DNA of 64,000 bases from Utricularia gibba (lineage: Eukaryota; Plantae; Magnoliophyta): positions 2,604,001-2,668,000 of the forward strand of contig NEEC01000014.1 in the NCBI GenBank assembly GCA_002189035.1, written 5' to 3'. The position numbers and the translations under genes are program-made. The notes under the pieces were generated by a model. The model did no database searches. It was not told the DNA's origin and was given only the letters and a program-made list of their open reading frames with translations. Of the stretch, positions 22,872-37,600 are shown in pieces. The first letter of the stretch is position 1, and every line of letters begins with the position of its first letter.

Positions 22872-25800
22872 TGAAGATGTTTTGTGCAGTTGATATAGGT
22901 GAGAAAGAGGGCTTTAAAACTCAAAATGAAGATTCAAAAACACTCATACATTCATGGTAAGTTTGGAGGATCTTTAAAGCATTACATGAGTAGTAGTTGA
23001 CTTTTGAGATAGGGTGGAGTGGGCCTTATTTGTTGATTTGATTTGACCTTTCCTAAAGATGGCGTTGGGCCTTGATATTTATCAGCCCAAGTATTTTCCT
23101 TCTTCACAATCGTTGTATCACCAACAGGGGCTGATGTGTTGTAGCAGCGACCGTAGCACACTTCAACACACTCCATTCTAATCTTGTCTCTCAAGTATGT
23201 GAATCTTGTTAGTACGAACGTGCTTGAGCTCAATTTCTCTGTTGGACACGAATTCTCTAAGAGCATGATAGCGCACTCTGATGTATTTGCTTCTTCCGAA
23301 TTGGGTTGGATTTCCTCCTAGGATAATTGCAGACTTGTTGTCTATTTACAGAGTAGTAGCCTTATTAATTGTTATGTTGAGATCTTTTAGAATTTTTCTC
23401 AACCATATTGCATGTTTGGCAGTTTCAATGCCAACGATATATTCGGCTTTTGTGGATGAAAGTGTGATAATATCTTGTTTTTTTTTATGCCCAGCTAAAA
23501 GCTGCAGATCCAAATATGAACAGGTATCTACTTGTACTCCTTGAGCCTTAATACTTTCTGCATAATCAAAGTCAGTGAAGCCTATTAGATTCATACCCAT
23601 GCTCTTTTTGAAGGCGAGTCCGTAGTCCTTGGTTGAATTGAGATATTTGATGATCTGCTTTGCTTCATCCATGTGAGTCTTGTGAGGTTTTCGCAGGTAT
23701 CTGGAGAGATAACTCACAGAAAAGCAAATGTTAAGTCTAGTAGCAGATAAATACATAAGCAAACCAATCTGATACTGAAAACTTTCTCATTTGCAGTTTC
23801 TCCTTCACTAGCTTAGTCAGGCTTGGTTGCAAAGTACATTGCTCATATTGTACTTCTTGACGATATCGACTGTATATTTTCTTTGGTTCAGATAAATACA
23901 GTCAGATGAGTGCTTGATCTCTAAACCAAGGAAATAGCTCATCATCCCTAAATTGGTCATTTCAAATGTGATCATAAGTTGTCGTTTTTCTTGTGTCAGG
24001 AGATGATTGTAGTTTCCAATGAGAAGTATGTCATCTATATAAAGAGACACAATGAGATACTTTGCTTCCATCTTCAGTGTATAGAGCGTGATGTTGATTT
24101 TGCTCCTCTGAAAGCCTCTAGATTGAAAATATGAGTCAATTCAAGTGTACCAAGCCCATGACACTTGTTTGAGATCATATAAGGCTTTGAGGAGCATTAA
24201 TACTTTAGCTTCCTCTCCTTGCTTGATAAAGTAATAGGTTGTTGAATATAAACTTCTTCGTTGAGGTGGTTGTTTAAGAAAGTACTCTTGACATCAAGGT
24301 GGAAGATATCTCAATGGTTGTAGGCAGCCAAGGCAATCAACAGTTTGACGGTGTCCAGGCATGCAACAGGGCAAATGTCTCATTGAAGTCTATTCCAAGT
24401 ACTTGTGAATAGCCTTGCACAACCAGACATGATTTCAGCTTATTGATAGTCTCATTAGTATTCAATTTTGTGTGAAAGATTCATTTTACGCCTATTATTC
24501 TTTGGTTGGGCGACTTGTAGACTAATTCACACGTTTTATTCCTTTCAATGGATTGGATTTTAGATTCAATGGCTGCTTTCCAATTTGAATCTTGGTAGGT
24601 GACATCCCAAATAGTGGGTTCTTGAACCAATAAATATTTGTGCATATATTTGACTGATATCTCGATAGTCTTGTACGGGGACCTCCCCATCATCTATGTT
24701 AGGATTTGGGACAATAGTTTTCTCGACATGTGAATCATCGGTAGGTGAGGTGGACTGTGCATCACGATGATGCTCCTCAAACAGCGAGATATCATCTATA
24801 GTGGGAAAAGGCTCTTTAAAGAGGTCATTCCAGGAGGGGTCTTGTTTGGCAAGGAAGAGGTAGCACATCGGTTTAGTAAGTAAATCGAGGTATTTACGGC
24901 TTCACCCCAGACATAGCTTGTTAGGTTTTTTTTTTTGAAATAGTAGACATTTACTCATACTCATGAGTGTCCTATTTTTTCTTTTAGAGGTCCCATTTTG
25001 CTGGGGTGTTTATGGTGCTTTCAATTCATGCTTGATATCATGAGCAGTACATATTACAATCAACTACGTTGGTGAGTATTCTCCTTCATTGTATGTTCGT
25101 AGCTTAAGAATTTTCTTCTTAGTTTCATTTTCTACTACAGCCTTAAAGAGCTTGAAGTAGTAGAGAACGTGTGATCGATTGTGTAAGAGAAATATCCAAT
25201 CATATTTAATGATGCCAGCAATGAACAATAGAAAATAACGATTCACACTCGGTGTAGTATAACTCATGGGTCCACACACATTAGAGTGGACCAATTCTAG
25301 CTTTTGGGTGCTCTTTCAGGTTCGTGATTTGAAAGGCATATGTCAGTTGGATGTCTCAAATCAATTAGTCCTTCAACTAGGTTGTCTCTGTATGTGAATA
25401 AGAGTTTTATGACAGATATATCCAAACCTTTGATACCATGTATGTTTCATCATTAGACTACTCATGTAGAGGTCATTACTAGGCACAGTAGAAAATATGA
25501 TAGGATATACTTTGTGGTGTCTCTTAGCTTTGAAAAGTACATTTTCGGATGAATTTCTAGTAGTAATATCATGAGTGTAGGAAATGTTCTAATCTTGTAG
25601 CTGCCCATAACTGATCAGATTGTGATGAGCCTTGAGAACATATTAGATGTCTCTAATTGTTTTTCTAGATATTGAGATATCATGGATTCCATCAGGAATA
25701 AGTTTTTTTTGTCCTACAACTTGTAAAATTTTCATTTCTGGAAGGGATTTCAGCGTTTTGAAGCATGTAATATCATATTTCAAGTGATTACTACAACCAC

Positions 25801-27070
25801 TTTCTAGGTACTAGTATTTATCCTTTGTGAGTGATTTTTCCGCAATGGACAAGTTGGTATGGATGTTCGTAACAACTAGCACCATATCACTCATATTTTG
25901 TGACATTTCCGAGATTTCGACAGCAATGAATAACTCTTTAGCTTTTCGTTTTTTAGGACGGACACGTTCAATATGCCTTGTATTTGAGTAGTGTGAGCAT
26001 TTGTGTGAGGGATTCCAAAAACAATCTTTGTTCAAGTGGTTTTTTCCATTATAGAATTGGAAAGGTGGATGATGCCCTTTTTTTTTTCTTTTATTGCCCC
26101 TTGGTTTTTATTCAATATGTAGGTAATGTATGCAGCTTGTAGAATCTTTTCTTGAAGTTTCTCTTGTTCTTCCAATATGCGGATTCTTTTTTTTCGCCTC
26201 TTAGCATATTCAATAGTTCTAATGGCGAGAGGTTTGTTCGGCTCTTGGTAGTGATGAGTTCACTCACGATACGACTAAACTTTGAGGGCATGCTTGTATA
26301 TATTATATTGATGTCTCTCTCATCTTCTACGAATTCTCCCAATAGTTTAATCTTACTTATAGGTTTGTTCAATTTAACAGCAAACAACTAAATGGAGTCA
26401 GAGTTTGACATTTTTCACCAAGTTGAACTCTCTCCACAAGTTCAATCTTTTTGCTTACCGTGAGTTTTCAGTTCCTGAAAGTTCTTGAAAATTCTGCCAC
26501 AACTAAATGCAGTTTCGCAGTTTACTATCATCAAGAAAATTTCATCAATGAGGGAGCCGTGGATTGCCACTAGTGCCTGTGAGTTAGTCATTATTTCTTA
26601 CTTTGTAAGCTCTCTGGTTTTTCCTTCCTTATCTGTTGGTGGGTCCTTGATCACTATGACCCATAGACCCAAAGCGTGCATGTAGCACTTCATTTATATA
26701 GCTTATATAAGATAATTCTTTCCATCAAATTAAGGAGGTTGTAATGATATGAAGTTGTTGGTTATGTTTCTCATTTTCCTACAGGGTTAGTGAAGATAAT
26801 GGTGTATATGGAGATATGTAGTATGGTGTGTTATGTTATACTTGAATAATTGATCGAAACCTTGCTCTGATATCATGAAGATATTTTGTGCAGTTTTTAT
26901 AGATGAGAAAAAGAGGGGTTTAGAACTCAAAATGAAGATTCAAAAACAGTCATACACTCATTAAAAGTTTGGAGGATATTTAAAGCAATATATGAGTAGT
27001 AGTCAACCATTGAGATAGGATGTAGCGAGTCTCAACTTGTTGATTTGATTTGGGGTGTCCTAAAGATGGT
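22872..27070 (-). mobile_element. Degenerate Ty1/Copia LTR retrotransposon (element 1)
   Basis: 3' LTR ~22872..23170; partial 5' LTR from 26876 (~190 bp alignable, ~85% identical by hand count). PBS TGATATCAGAGC (tRNA-iMet type) at 26864-26875. Fragments of gag (~26700-26100), integrase (VHSNVCGPM, 25064-25294), RT (LIVSLYIDDIL, ~24050) and RNase H (LIGFTDFDYA...SSTKAEY, 23346-23762) in Copia order, with many stops. Confidence 0.88.
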
Positions 27071-27250
27071 GTAGCGAGTCTCAACTTGTTTATGATATGT
27101 TATTATGCAAAATTCGTGTTGTTGAAGACATTGTTGAGGTGTCAAATTAGGCTGGAAGGTACGAGTTAGTAGAGGCTAGAAGTTGCAAGTCAGTAGGGTA
27201 GCACGACATTAATGGGGATGGCTACAAGAAGTGTTGAAATTATGGATCAG

Positions 27251-28557
27251 TGTTAAGTGTCATTTTCTAGTTATTATTTAGGTATTATTATGTATTAATT
27301 AAGTGCTAAGTTGCCCAATTAGGAGTTTTATTATTAAGTATTTGATTTTTATTAGAAAATTCATATTTTCCCATTTTGTGTATATTTTATGCATTTTTTT
27401 CTCACACTTTGACCGAGGCATGTCAGGAGACTGTCAGAAGTGTTGCAGGAGTATTGCAGGTGGCCAGATTTTGAGTTTTCGTACCTTGTACTCGAGTTGG
27501 AATGATTGTGGGCGGAAGACTGACACTGGTCAAGGCCCATGACTTACGGCATGTCAGAGTCTGCAGCAATTATTGGGCGCAAACTTGCACGCAAAGAAAG
27601 GCTGCTGGCGCACGCAAGACAGAAAGAATGATGGGAAGGGGACCCAAATGAATTAATGTACGTGGGAAGTCATATAAAAGCCACTTGGAGCACTTAGTTT
27701 AGGACTTTTGAACATTTTCTCTTGTACTTAGAACTTTTAGGTTCTTCCTCCCCTCAAGGAGGAAGAACACTTAGTTTCTTTTAGTTTCTGTTTCCATGGC
27801 CCTTTCGGGCTAAAAACCTTTAGTTTCTGGGAAGTAGATGAAGTTTCCTTCCAAGTCCTAAGCAATACACTCGGTTCTTCGCTGAATTCAATTCGGATTC
27901 CGCATACTTCCACGCATCTTGTTACAGTCTTTCTGTAACGACTCTTAGTCAAGGTCCATGAGTAGCAGGCCACTTCTCGCGGATTTTGGTGAAGATCAAG
28001 GTGAAGAGCACCAACTCCAACCCTGCTGGTTCGAGGGAAGTAGCAGATTGTTTGTGGCCTAGGTACCGCGACAGTGGACAGGTTGTGACCTCGGACCTGC
28101 CAATGGCCATTGGCAACAGCTGGGCACACACGCACAATTCGGTTTTGAAGGCAATTAAAGGCAATCCTCTTGTCTTCCTAATCGTCCAAGGGGGAATCAC
28201 ATGAGGCTATTCCCGTGCCTCCTTGTCAATCAGAGTGTAAGAGAGAGTAGGTTATTCCTTACTCCTATAACCAGCTATTCGGAAGAAATCAGTGAAAACC
28301 GAGGCAAGGACGGACAAAGGAAGGAGATGGAGTCTTATTCCCAGGAACTGCGTCCCGTAGTCAAGGCCCATTACTTAGGTTGTATCTTTCATTTCTGCAT
28401 CTTAAAAACCCCTTTTACAAAATCGTGACATTTTGTAGAAGTTGCTTGCAAACACTTTTCACGAAAAACAACTCCCTGAGATCGATACTCGTACTACGCT
28501 TTCTAGTGTTTTACGTTTTAAAATATTTAAAATTTGTTGAGGAAACGACACGCAACA
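27251..28557. mobile_element. Solo LTR, 1307 bp (Athila/Ogre-like by size, family unassigned)
   Basis: Begins TG, ends CA, flanked by a perfect 5-bp TSD ATCAG (27246-27250 and 28558-28562); no internal coding domains. Confidence 0.8.
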
Positions 28558-28562
28558 ATCAG

Positions 28563-31500
28563 TAGGGCAGCTCTACATTAATGCATGTAGTTGATGAGAA
28601 GCAAGAGAGTTATGCCTATAAAAAGCCACTTGTGATCACATTGAGCAACTCTGCAAATGGAGATCTGAAATATGATACTGTAGTTGTTTCTTTGCAACAA
28701 GAGGAATTTTAGAAGCGAAATGTAGTAGATGAGAAGTATGTTGACTTCAAAACCACATTGGCATATAATGAAGGACACAACAAAGGAAGATCTAAGGAGA
28801 AGAGCAACAACATAGGTAGGGACAAGTCCAAGCAAAGATGTGAATGACAAGAGAATCACGGGAAAAAGTATGAATCATGCTCATGTTTTCATTGTGGAAA
28901 GAAGGGTCATCTATGCAAAGACTACCATAGCTACCAACAAGCTCAGCAAGAGAAAGAGAAACAATGGAAAACTAAAGAGCTGGTGGAGCATAGTCCTTCT
29001 GCATATTTGAGTGATGTTGATATTTATCTTCTTGCATTGCTAGCTGCAAAAGTAGGAGAGACAGGTCTATCCAATTCTTGATTTATGGATTATGTGGCCT
29101 TCTTTCATGCAACTCTCCACAAAATTGATATGTTGAACTATGAAGTGTGTCATGCTAGCACTGTAGGATGGGAAATCAATCAGTTTCAGAAATTGCTAGT
29201 ATTGATAATCTTATAGTCATTAAAAATATGAGAATCTAGCTAAAGTTGTAGGGGGTGTGCCACATCCCTACTTTGCAGGTCAACTTACTCTCTATAGGAG
29301 AATTAGATGTAGCATCGTATCATTTTAGTGTGGGATCACAAATGTGGAAGCTTATAAGGGCTCTATGGTTGTTACAAAAGGGACATTGGTAGGGAGGTTG
29401 TACAAGACTGAGTTGAAACAAGGCTCTATGGAGATACATACCTAAAGGTGAGTCTTACACTCTTTGGCATAAACGATTGGGTCATCTATCAAAAGTTGGA
29501 GTTATGCAGTTTTCTAAAGATGACTTGATAGATATATCTGCTACACTCTCTACATGTGAGCACTGCATATATGGGAAGCAACATAAGGTTGCATTCAAGT
29601 CACATATGCATAGGAGTAAAGAGAAGTTGAACATTGTGTTCTTAGATGTTGGAGGTCCTATAAACATTCTCACAACTGGTGGTATGAGACACTACTTGAT
29701 CTTTGTAGATGATGCAACATGAAAAACTTGGGTTTATTTGGTGAAGAAGAAATCAGAAGTCTTTGAATGCTTCAAAGTGTTTCGTGCATTGATGGAAGGC
29801 GAAACGGGTTTACAGCTAAAATGATTCAGAACAGAAAATGGAGGAGAGTATTGCAGTGAAGAGTTCAAGAGATACTTCTAAGAGCTTGGAATTAAGAAGG
29901 TTGCCATGGAACTTGGGACGCCTTAACATAATCCAATTGCTGAGAGGCTAAATTGAAAATTGTTTGATAAAGTAAGGTGCATGTTGAAGGGAGCAGCCTT
30001 ACCTGGAAAGTTTTGGGGTGAGGTATTAAAGACAACATGTTATCCAATAGGAGTCTTAAAAAAGCTTTGGAGCTTGATGTGCTAGAAGAAAAATGGATAG
30101 GCAGGCTTGAGGCATCTATGGGTATTTGGATGCAAAGCTATGGTGTCGAATACCTCTTGATCAAAGAAAGAAGTTGGATGATCATTCCAAACCCTATGTG
30201 TTTTTAAGTTGTGGAGATCTAGAATTGGGATATAGATTGTGGGATTCCAATGGGAACAAAATCATCAAATCTAGAGATGTAAAACTTAGAAGATGAGAAG
30301 TGCTTTGACTAGAGTGATATGAAGTCTATTGAGTATGTGAGCTTGAATTCGGACTCACTAGAATTTGAAGGCAATTCGAGCTTTCCTATCCTTGAACCTG
30401 AACTTTTGAAAGTAGGAGAAGCTTTACAGCCGGAAGCTTCGTCTAAATCTAGTGAAACATAGGTGCATGTGCCAGATGTTGCACCCATCAGAAGGTCAAT
30501 GAGAGAACCGAGATCAAATACTTGGTATGCCTTTGATGAGTTTATCTTGATTATAGAGGATGGAGAACCCACTTCGTTAACTAAGGTGTAACAGTCCTGA
30601 GAGAAGGACAAATGGCTTGCTGCCATGCAAGAAGAGATGCACTCAATATGGGAGAATGACACTTATGTTCTCACTCAATTGCCTAAGGGAAGGTAAGCTC
30701 TCGACAATAAGTGGATTTTCATGTTGAAGAGGAATTATGATGGCACAGTCAAATATAAAGCCAAAATTGTGGTGAAGGGCTTTAATCAGAAGAAAGACAT
30801 TGATTATCAAGAGATCTTTTTCCCAGTGGAAAAGTGTCTGTGATTAGAATTGTATTAGTTTTTGTAGCTCCCCTAGTTCTAAAGCTACAACAAATTGATG
30901 TAAAGACAACCTTTCTACATGGCGAATTGAAGCAATAAACTTTCATGAAGCAGATTCTTGGCTTTGTCAAGTAAGGAGTAGAGCATCTAGTGTGTAAACT
31001 CAAGAAAATTTTATATGGACTAAAGCAAGTTCCAAGAGAGTGGAATCATAAGTTTTACAATTTCATGAGTAGCATTGGTTATGCTCGTATTGAGTCTGAT
31101 CCCTGTGTTTATTTTAAGAGGTATGACGAAGACTACATCATATTGGTACTTTATGTGGATGATATGCTTTTGATAAGCAAGAATCCAGTGCTAATTCTTG
31201 ATCTGAAGAAGTAGTTGAGTTCTGCATTTGATATGAAGGATCTCGGTGATGCTAGATTCATGTTGGGCCTCAATTTGAGCGAGATTGGACAACTAAGAGA
31301 TTATATCTAAAAATTAGACAAGATACATACATCAAGTGATCAAGAAGTTTGGAATGATGGATAGTAAGCCTATCATCGTTCCTATGAATCATGCCATTAA
31401 GCTTTTTGTTGAATTCTATTCCAAGAAAAAAGTAGAGAAAGAGAAGATGAGCAAGATTCGTTTTGCTTCTCTTGTTGTATCAGTCATGTACATTATGATC

Positions 31501-31780
31501 AGTACAAGACCTAATATTGCATATACTATTAGTTGTATTTGTTGCTATATGTCAAATCCCGGACAACAACATTAAGAGGCTGCTAAATGGTTATTACAGT
31601 ATTTGAAGGGGACTATGAAGTTTCAATTATGCTATATGATGCAATCTTGTGAACCTTGTGTGTATGTGGTTTCGGATCTTTCTAGAGATGTGGATATAAG
31701 GAGGTTCAAAATAGGTCTCATCACCATACTAGGAGGTGCTAGAGTGGTGTAGATGTCATCCCTACATTAATGTGTGCGGT
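28563..31780 (+). mobile_element. Degenerate Ty1/Copia internal region (element 2)
   Basis: Gag zinc knuckle CFHCGKKGHLCKD (~28890), protease-like remnant (~29090), LWHKRLGH pre-integrase (~29470), integrase (29600-30000), RT (CKLKKILYGLKQ...ILVLYVDDML, 30990-31214) and a truncated RNase H start (~31750). Many stops and frameshifts; no LTR pair found. Confidence 0.85.
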
Positions 31781-32222
31781 TGATGAGACATAAGGAACTT
31801 GTGCCTATAGAAGGCCACATCCAATACCCTTTCATGTGTGGTGAAGGTGAGAGCGGGTGAGATTTTGTCTCAGGGGCATGAAGACAATGTGCTGGTACAA
31901 GAGGCATGAGGGGCATGAAGACGATTTGCTAGTGTAAGAAACCTTGTTGATATCTTGCTTGTTATGGATCATTGATCTAGTTAACGCTTGGAGTGTTGTA
32001 CTTCTATTGCAAACATATAGTGAATTTCATCATTGCTTAAAGTTTCCAAGCTCAAGAGGTATCCCAGTTTTTTAGTTTTACTTGGTAAATTTTGCTTTTG
32101 TTTTTCTTTTATTTTACTAATACGTTTTGGGGCATCACATCAATCACCTAGGACATACACTGGGGCCTTCTTCTTCACCTTCATATTTCCAACATGTGTT
32201 CTATTTTTTTTCTTCTGTTTCA

Positions 32223-33350
32223 TGATAGAGAATTGACTAATATTCTACTACAAAACTCAGATTTAATTGTGTATTTCTGTGTTTACATATTTTATTTCTA
32301 ATTGGAACTAAATCCAAGATTTAGTCTCAATCTTAGTTCTAATCGTTTTCTTGAGTATGCAACATATGTAAGCAATGCAAATCCCAATGAGTCGAAAAGT
32401 ATACAGTAGATGCGGCATGAAAAGAGAACAAAAGAGAAGAAAGAGAAGTATCAAATCTCAAGAAGATCAAAAAAAGGATTTTTGGCATAATAAAAGGAGA
32501 GAAAATTATCTCCCATTGGAGAACACGCCAGACAATTCTAAGGGGAAAGGAGTAGAAAATTGTAGTAGAATTATGGAGAACGAAGAAGATGAAACTAGGA
32601 TTCAAGCTTACCTCTAAACTTTCATTTTGTTTATTAGGAGCACTATTCCTAGCTGGGAGTAATTTTAGCTTTCTGCATGAACTATTTACGATTTCTGTTT
32701 ACATTTATGTTTTTCCCTTGTTTTTGCATTACGACTTGAACATGTTTTGGTTTTTATGTTATGAATATGTTTCATTTTACTTCATCATGAATGGCTAAAT
32801 GCACGTAATGCCTTAAGGTAGAAGAGAGTGTGCATGAATATTGTTTATTAGACTACATTAGCTCGGTAATTAGACAATTTCCTTCTCAAACTAGGGTAGA
32901 CCCAAGAGGGGAGGTGGTTATGTTTATCATAAACAGCTTAATTAGAGGTAGATCAAAAGTTAGGAAAATCAAAGTTTTGGGTAGACTTGAATCCTTGTAT
33001 TGTTAGATGAATGATCATCAAGTTGGGTGGTTAAGTGTAATAATGATCATGTCACTTCTAAAAATCTCAAGGCATTGCATTACCTTATTCTAGTTAGTAG
33101 TTAAATCTACCTGATTACTATCTTTCTACATCTTATTATCGAAATGCCTTAATATTAGCTTAGACTAAATCTCTTAATTGTAACAAAAAAAACATGTATC
33201 AACCTTCACACAACAAGTACATAGCTCATTGTGTTCAACTCTGATCCACTATGCTCATATTTTTTGTATGATTGGTTGTGAATTAGGCTATAAATTTATT
33301 TTATAGGAGAAGTTGCAATTTGATGATGTTGCATAATTTTTCGTTTATCA
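32223..33350. mobile_element. Probable LTR fragment or solo LTR
   Basis: TG...CA-bounded ~1.1 kb segment with composition similar to the other solo LTRs; no matching TSD found. Confidence 0.3.
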
Positions 33351-33713
33351 TGGGGTAAAAGCTAGGGTTCAATGCATTTTACGTGTTGGAAAGGGATTCA
33401 TGTACGTCATGCATTTTTCTTTTCAAAAATTCATATTTGGAGAATGGGAATGACAAATTTTGTGTGAATTGAAACATTATTTTCGAAACAATATTGCTTC
33501 CCAAAGTTGAGGGAAAAAGCACCATGAAGCTGCTTCACCTATGTGTTGTATGTACTAGTGTCAATAAATTTGTTTGACTTGAAGGGAGTAATCTTCAACA
33601 CAATTTTCTAACTAGCTGCATTGTTGATTTGGAATGGAAACTGATATATGTTGGATCTACTGAGGATGAAACATATTGCTTGAGAGTGTTCTTGTTAGCC
33701 CAATCAATGTTGG

Positions 33714-34249
33714 TGATGGGGTATAAATCAGCAAAGGATAATCGGTTTCTGAAAGGCTGCCAAAACGAGCTCTGATGGGATAACACCAGTCGATAGACCG
33801 ATATGTGTCAGAAATCTGACAGCGATGGCCGTATGGCACAGTTTGAAAACCAGCCGAATTACGGCAGGGCAGACGGCCGATATCTGAAAAGCAAGATCAC
33901 ATAGCAGGCGCAGAAAGCAATCGACGTTTACAAAATTCAGGACTTGGTCCGATCGACCTCTTCTATAAATAGAAGAAATCATAATGGAAAAAAGGTTCGA
34001 CCCTAAGCCTCCCAACCTGTACCTTTCTTCACCATCTCCGTCTAGTAAAGACTTTCTCTAGCGAGCTCCGATAGGTCCGTGGTTTTTCTGTCCTTCGATG
34101 GTTTCCACATAAAAACATCCACCCCACCCTTATTTCTGTTGATCAAATCAAACAAATCGCAAAATAGCATACAAAGGTGCGATATCTCCAGCTGCACCTA
34201 TAACCCGAAAATCGGCCCCCATCTCAGACACCGATGTTCACCCATAACA
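33714..34249 (+). repeat. 5' LTR of the Tat element
   Basis: Direct repeat of 43462..43989; TATAAAT internal; followed by the PBS. Confidence 0.93.
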
Positions 34250-34699
34250 TTTTTGGCACCCACCGTGGGGCAGATCTATTGTCCCACTCGAGAAATCCAC
34301 AGAAGCCGCTCACTGAACATCGATCATGGTGGAAAATAACACGGCCACCAATTCTGCCCACGAAGGAAGTGTCGGCACACAAGACCCTGGCCTTATGGTC
34401 ATCAGTAGGGAGCAACTGAAAACCCTTTTCACGGAAATTCTCTCCTACTTTAGGGCACCTTCGGGTTTGAACTCCAATGCACAGGAGGGGACACTCGAAA
34501 CTGCACAATGAGCAGAAAAGCGACCCCTGATTCCGGACTACCCCTTGGACACGGAGACTGAATCCGAAACCGAGGAGGAGATGTTGCGAAGAAAGAGGCG
34601 CAACCAAGTTATCTATGAGCTAGGAACGGATAGGGAAAACATGACTAGCGAAATCTTGGAAAAAAGGGAAGAAGAGCTGAGGAGAGAACTAGACCTTAT

Positions 34700-37600
34700 T
34701 CGTGAGAGAAAAACTTATCGGCAAACAGACGTTGCCAAGAAGAAGAGAGAGCAGGGGCTTCAGGGAGGCTTTCGATCAGAACGTATGCATTGGAAAGGGG
34801 GACGTTATGGCTGATCTTGACATAGCCCTGAAGAGCAGTGCTGAAGGAGCTACTGGAACCCCCGCGCTGCATTTTAACCCTTTCTCGGATGAGTTAATCG
34901 GGGAAGAGCTAGAGAGGGGATTCAGAATCCTCAACAAACTACCCACATATGATGGAAAAGAGGACCCTATATCTCATGTGACCGACTTCGACATGAGGAT
35001 GGCCACGGTATGGGATTCGGAGGTCATGAAATGTAAGTTATTTGCTTGGAACCGTGCAGTGTGGGATCCTATCGGGAGTTGGTGTTACTTTTTACCACCC
35101 GGTATGCTGTCAACATCGAGGCTCCACCTTCAAAGGCAGCATTGTATTCTATTCGGTATGACCACTGAAAAGAGAGCTTGAGAAGATTCATCGATCGATT
35201 CAACTGCCTAGCACAAGATGTTCAGCTGGATTTGAAGGAGAGGGTAGAAGTAATGAAATGGGCCGTAGGAACGTCGAAGCTAGGACAGAGTCTGTCTAAG
35301 TCCCCACCGAAAAATCTTGGAGAATTGCTAAGGAAAATCATGAAGTACATCCGAGTCAATGACGACCTTAGGGCCAAGATGAAAAGTCGCGTAGAGATCC
35401 ATCCGGTCTCGCAGCAAGAGATGCGACCCAACTGGGCCCCCCGGCCGAATAAGTGCAGTGAAGTATATCAGGTGGAACCGACTAGAATGGATGCTTATTG
35501 TGAGATACACAAGACAACCGGGCACAATACGGTCGACTGCTGTGTAATGAGAAGGATGGTTGAACAATATCATGCCGGTGCTGGAATAAACAACGCGACA
35601 TGGAACACTGCACAAATAATGAAACGAAAAAGGGGGCAAAATGAGCATTCGAGGAACGAAGGTAACCGATACGCGAAATTCCCCACAAAACTAACAAGGG
35701 GAACCCCACGGGCTAGCAGGGGCCTATACCCCAAAAGAGAACAAGATGCACCGGAAAGTTCAAGGAACCCCAACCAGGCACAAGGTAGTCCCCTCTATGT
35801 TTGGGAAATCCATAAGGTATCCAGAGGGACCGAAATTGATGAATCCGGGAAAGCACGGAAGAGATACTTGGACGAAGCTAGAAGAGGAGAAGTCTTCGAA
35901 ATCGGGAAATGTCAGATTGAGAGAGCCGCCTGGGAAAAGAAAGAGATCAACTTCTCCGATAGAGACATTCCAGTCGGCCCAGCTACATGAAATGAATCTT
36001 TGATGATAATAGGGATATGCGGAAGCACCAAGGTAAGGAGGATTCTCGTCGACCAGGGATCTTCCTGCAACATCATGAAAAAGGAAGTCGCCGAGTTACT
36101 GACATTGTCTAAAGAGGAAGATATCCCCCCCATCTGCATGGAGTTATACGCATTCGATCAACGGGCCGTACAGACGGTCGGAAAGATAACCTTGCCCATG
36201 ACATTCGGCGTGGTCGGACGAAACCGAACCGAAAGATTGTAATTTTTTATTTTGGATTCGGAGGTCTCGTATAACATCATCCTCAGTGGACCCGGAATCA
36301 ACCAATTTGGTATGCTACCCTCGACTGTGCATCTGAAGGTTAAATTTCCAACGCCAAGGGGCATCTGCACGCTGGATATCGACCAAGCAGCCGTCCGATC
36401 CTGTTATGTGTCTTCTTGCCGAGACCCCTATGCGAAGAAGCCGAGAATAATGATGGTGGAAAAGGAGTCCCGGGAACCTCCCAGGCAAGCAATGGAATCG
36501 GTGGGGAACAAGTCATTGCAACTAATACCAGGAGATATGTAGAAGCAACCCACATCGGCACCAGTTTAAACGCCATTTTTGAGAAAAGGTTAGCCGAACT
36601 TTTGATGCAGAATGTCGACATTTTTTCCTGGATTGCTGCGGACTTTGTAGGCATCGTTTGATCCGTCGCCAAACATCATATTGATACTTACCCAGGGGCA
36701 AAGCCGGTTCGGCAAAAGTAGCAGCACTTCTCTGAAGAAAAGTGCCGGATCATAAAAGAGAAAACGAAAGAGTTACTGGAAGTCGGTTACGTGAAGGAGA
36801 TTCAGTACTCCGAATGGGTGGCCAACCTCATCGTCATCCTGAAACCCTGGGGAAAATGGAGAATGTGCGTGATTTCACTGATCTCAACGTCTGTTGCGAA
36901 AGGGATCCTTACCCCCTGCCAAAGATTGATAAACTGGTGGATGCCATTGCCGGATCCTGATTCCCGAGCACCATGGACACGTATTCGGGATATCATCAAA
37001 TTCTCATCGCGGAGAAGGACCAATCGAAAACCACCTTCTACACTAAGGATGGGGTTTACTGCTATGTCGCGATGCCATTTGGTTTGAAGAATACTGAGGT
37101 GACTTATCAGAGGTTGGTGAACAAAATATTCCCTTCTGAAATCGGTACTTCTATGGAAGTGTACGTGGACTATATGATCGTAAAATCTATGAATGAAGAA
37201 GAGAGAGGAATCGAAGCTGTTGGATTCTTGCTTCTCTCTATGTTGGTTATACGGGTTAAAGCTCAACCCGTTGAAGTGTTGCTTCGGGATACAAAGTAGG
37301 AAATTCCTTGGGCATTATGTATCACAGAGAGGAATCGAAGCTGACCCGAGAAGATTAAGTCAATATGCGAAATGCAACCCCCAAGGACAATCAAGGAGTA
37401 CTAGAGTCTCGCGAGTAAATTGGCTGCCCTCAGCTGTTTCATATCTCGGTCGGCCGATAAGTCGACATCTTTCTTCAAGGCCCTGCGAAAGGGAAATGCT
37501 TTAGAATGGAACAAGAATTGTCGGATTGCCTTTGAGAAGCTCAAAGAATATCTCTCATCACCCACATTCTTAGTGGTTGTAAAAGAAGGAGAGCCCCTAT

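Noticed and set aside
32033-32798. Several 60-90 aa hydrophobic or charged ORFs
   Set aside because: Products of AT-rich LTR-like sequence with low-complexity codon bias.
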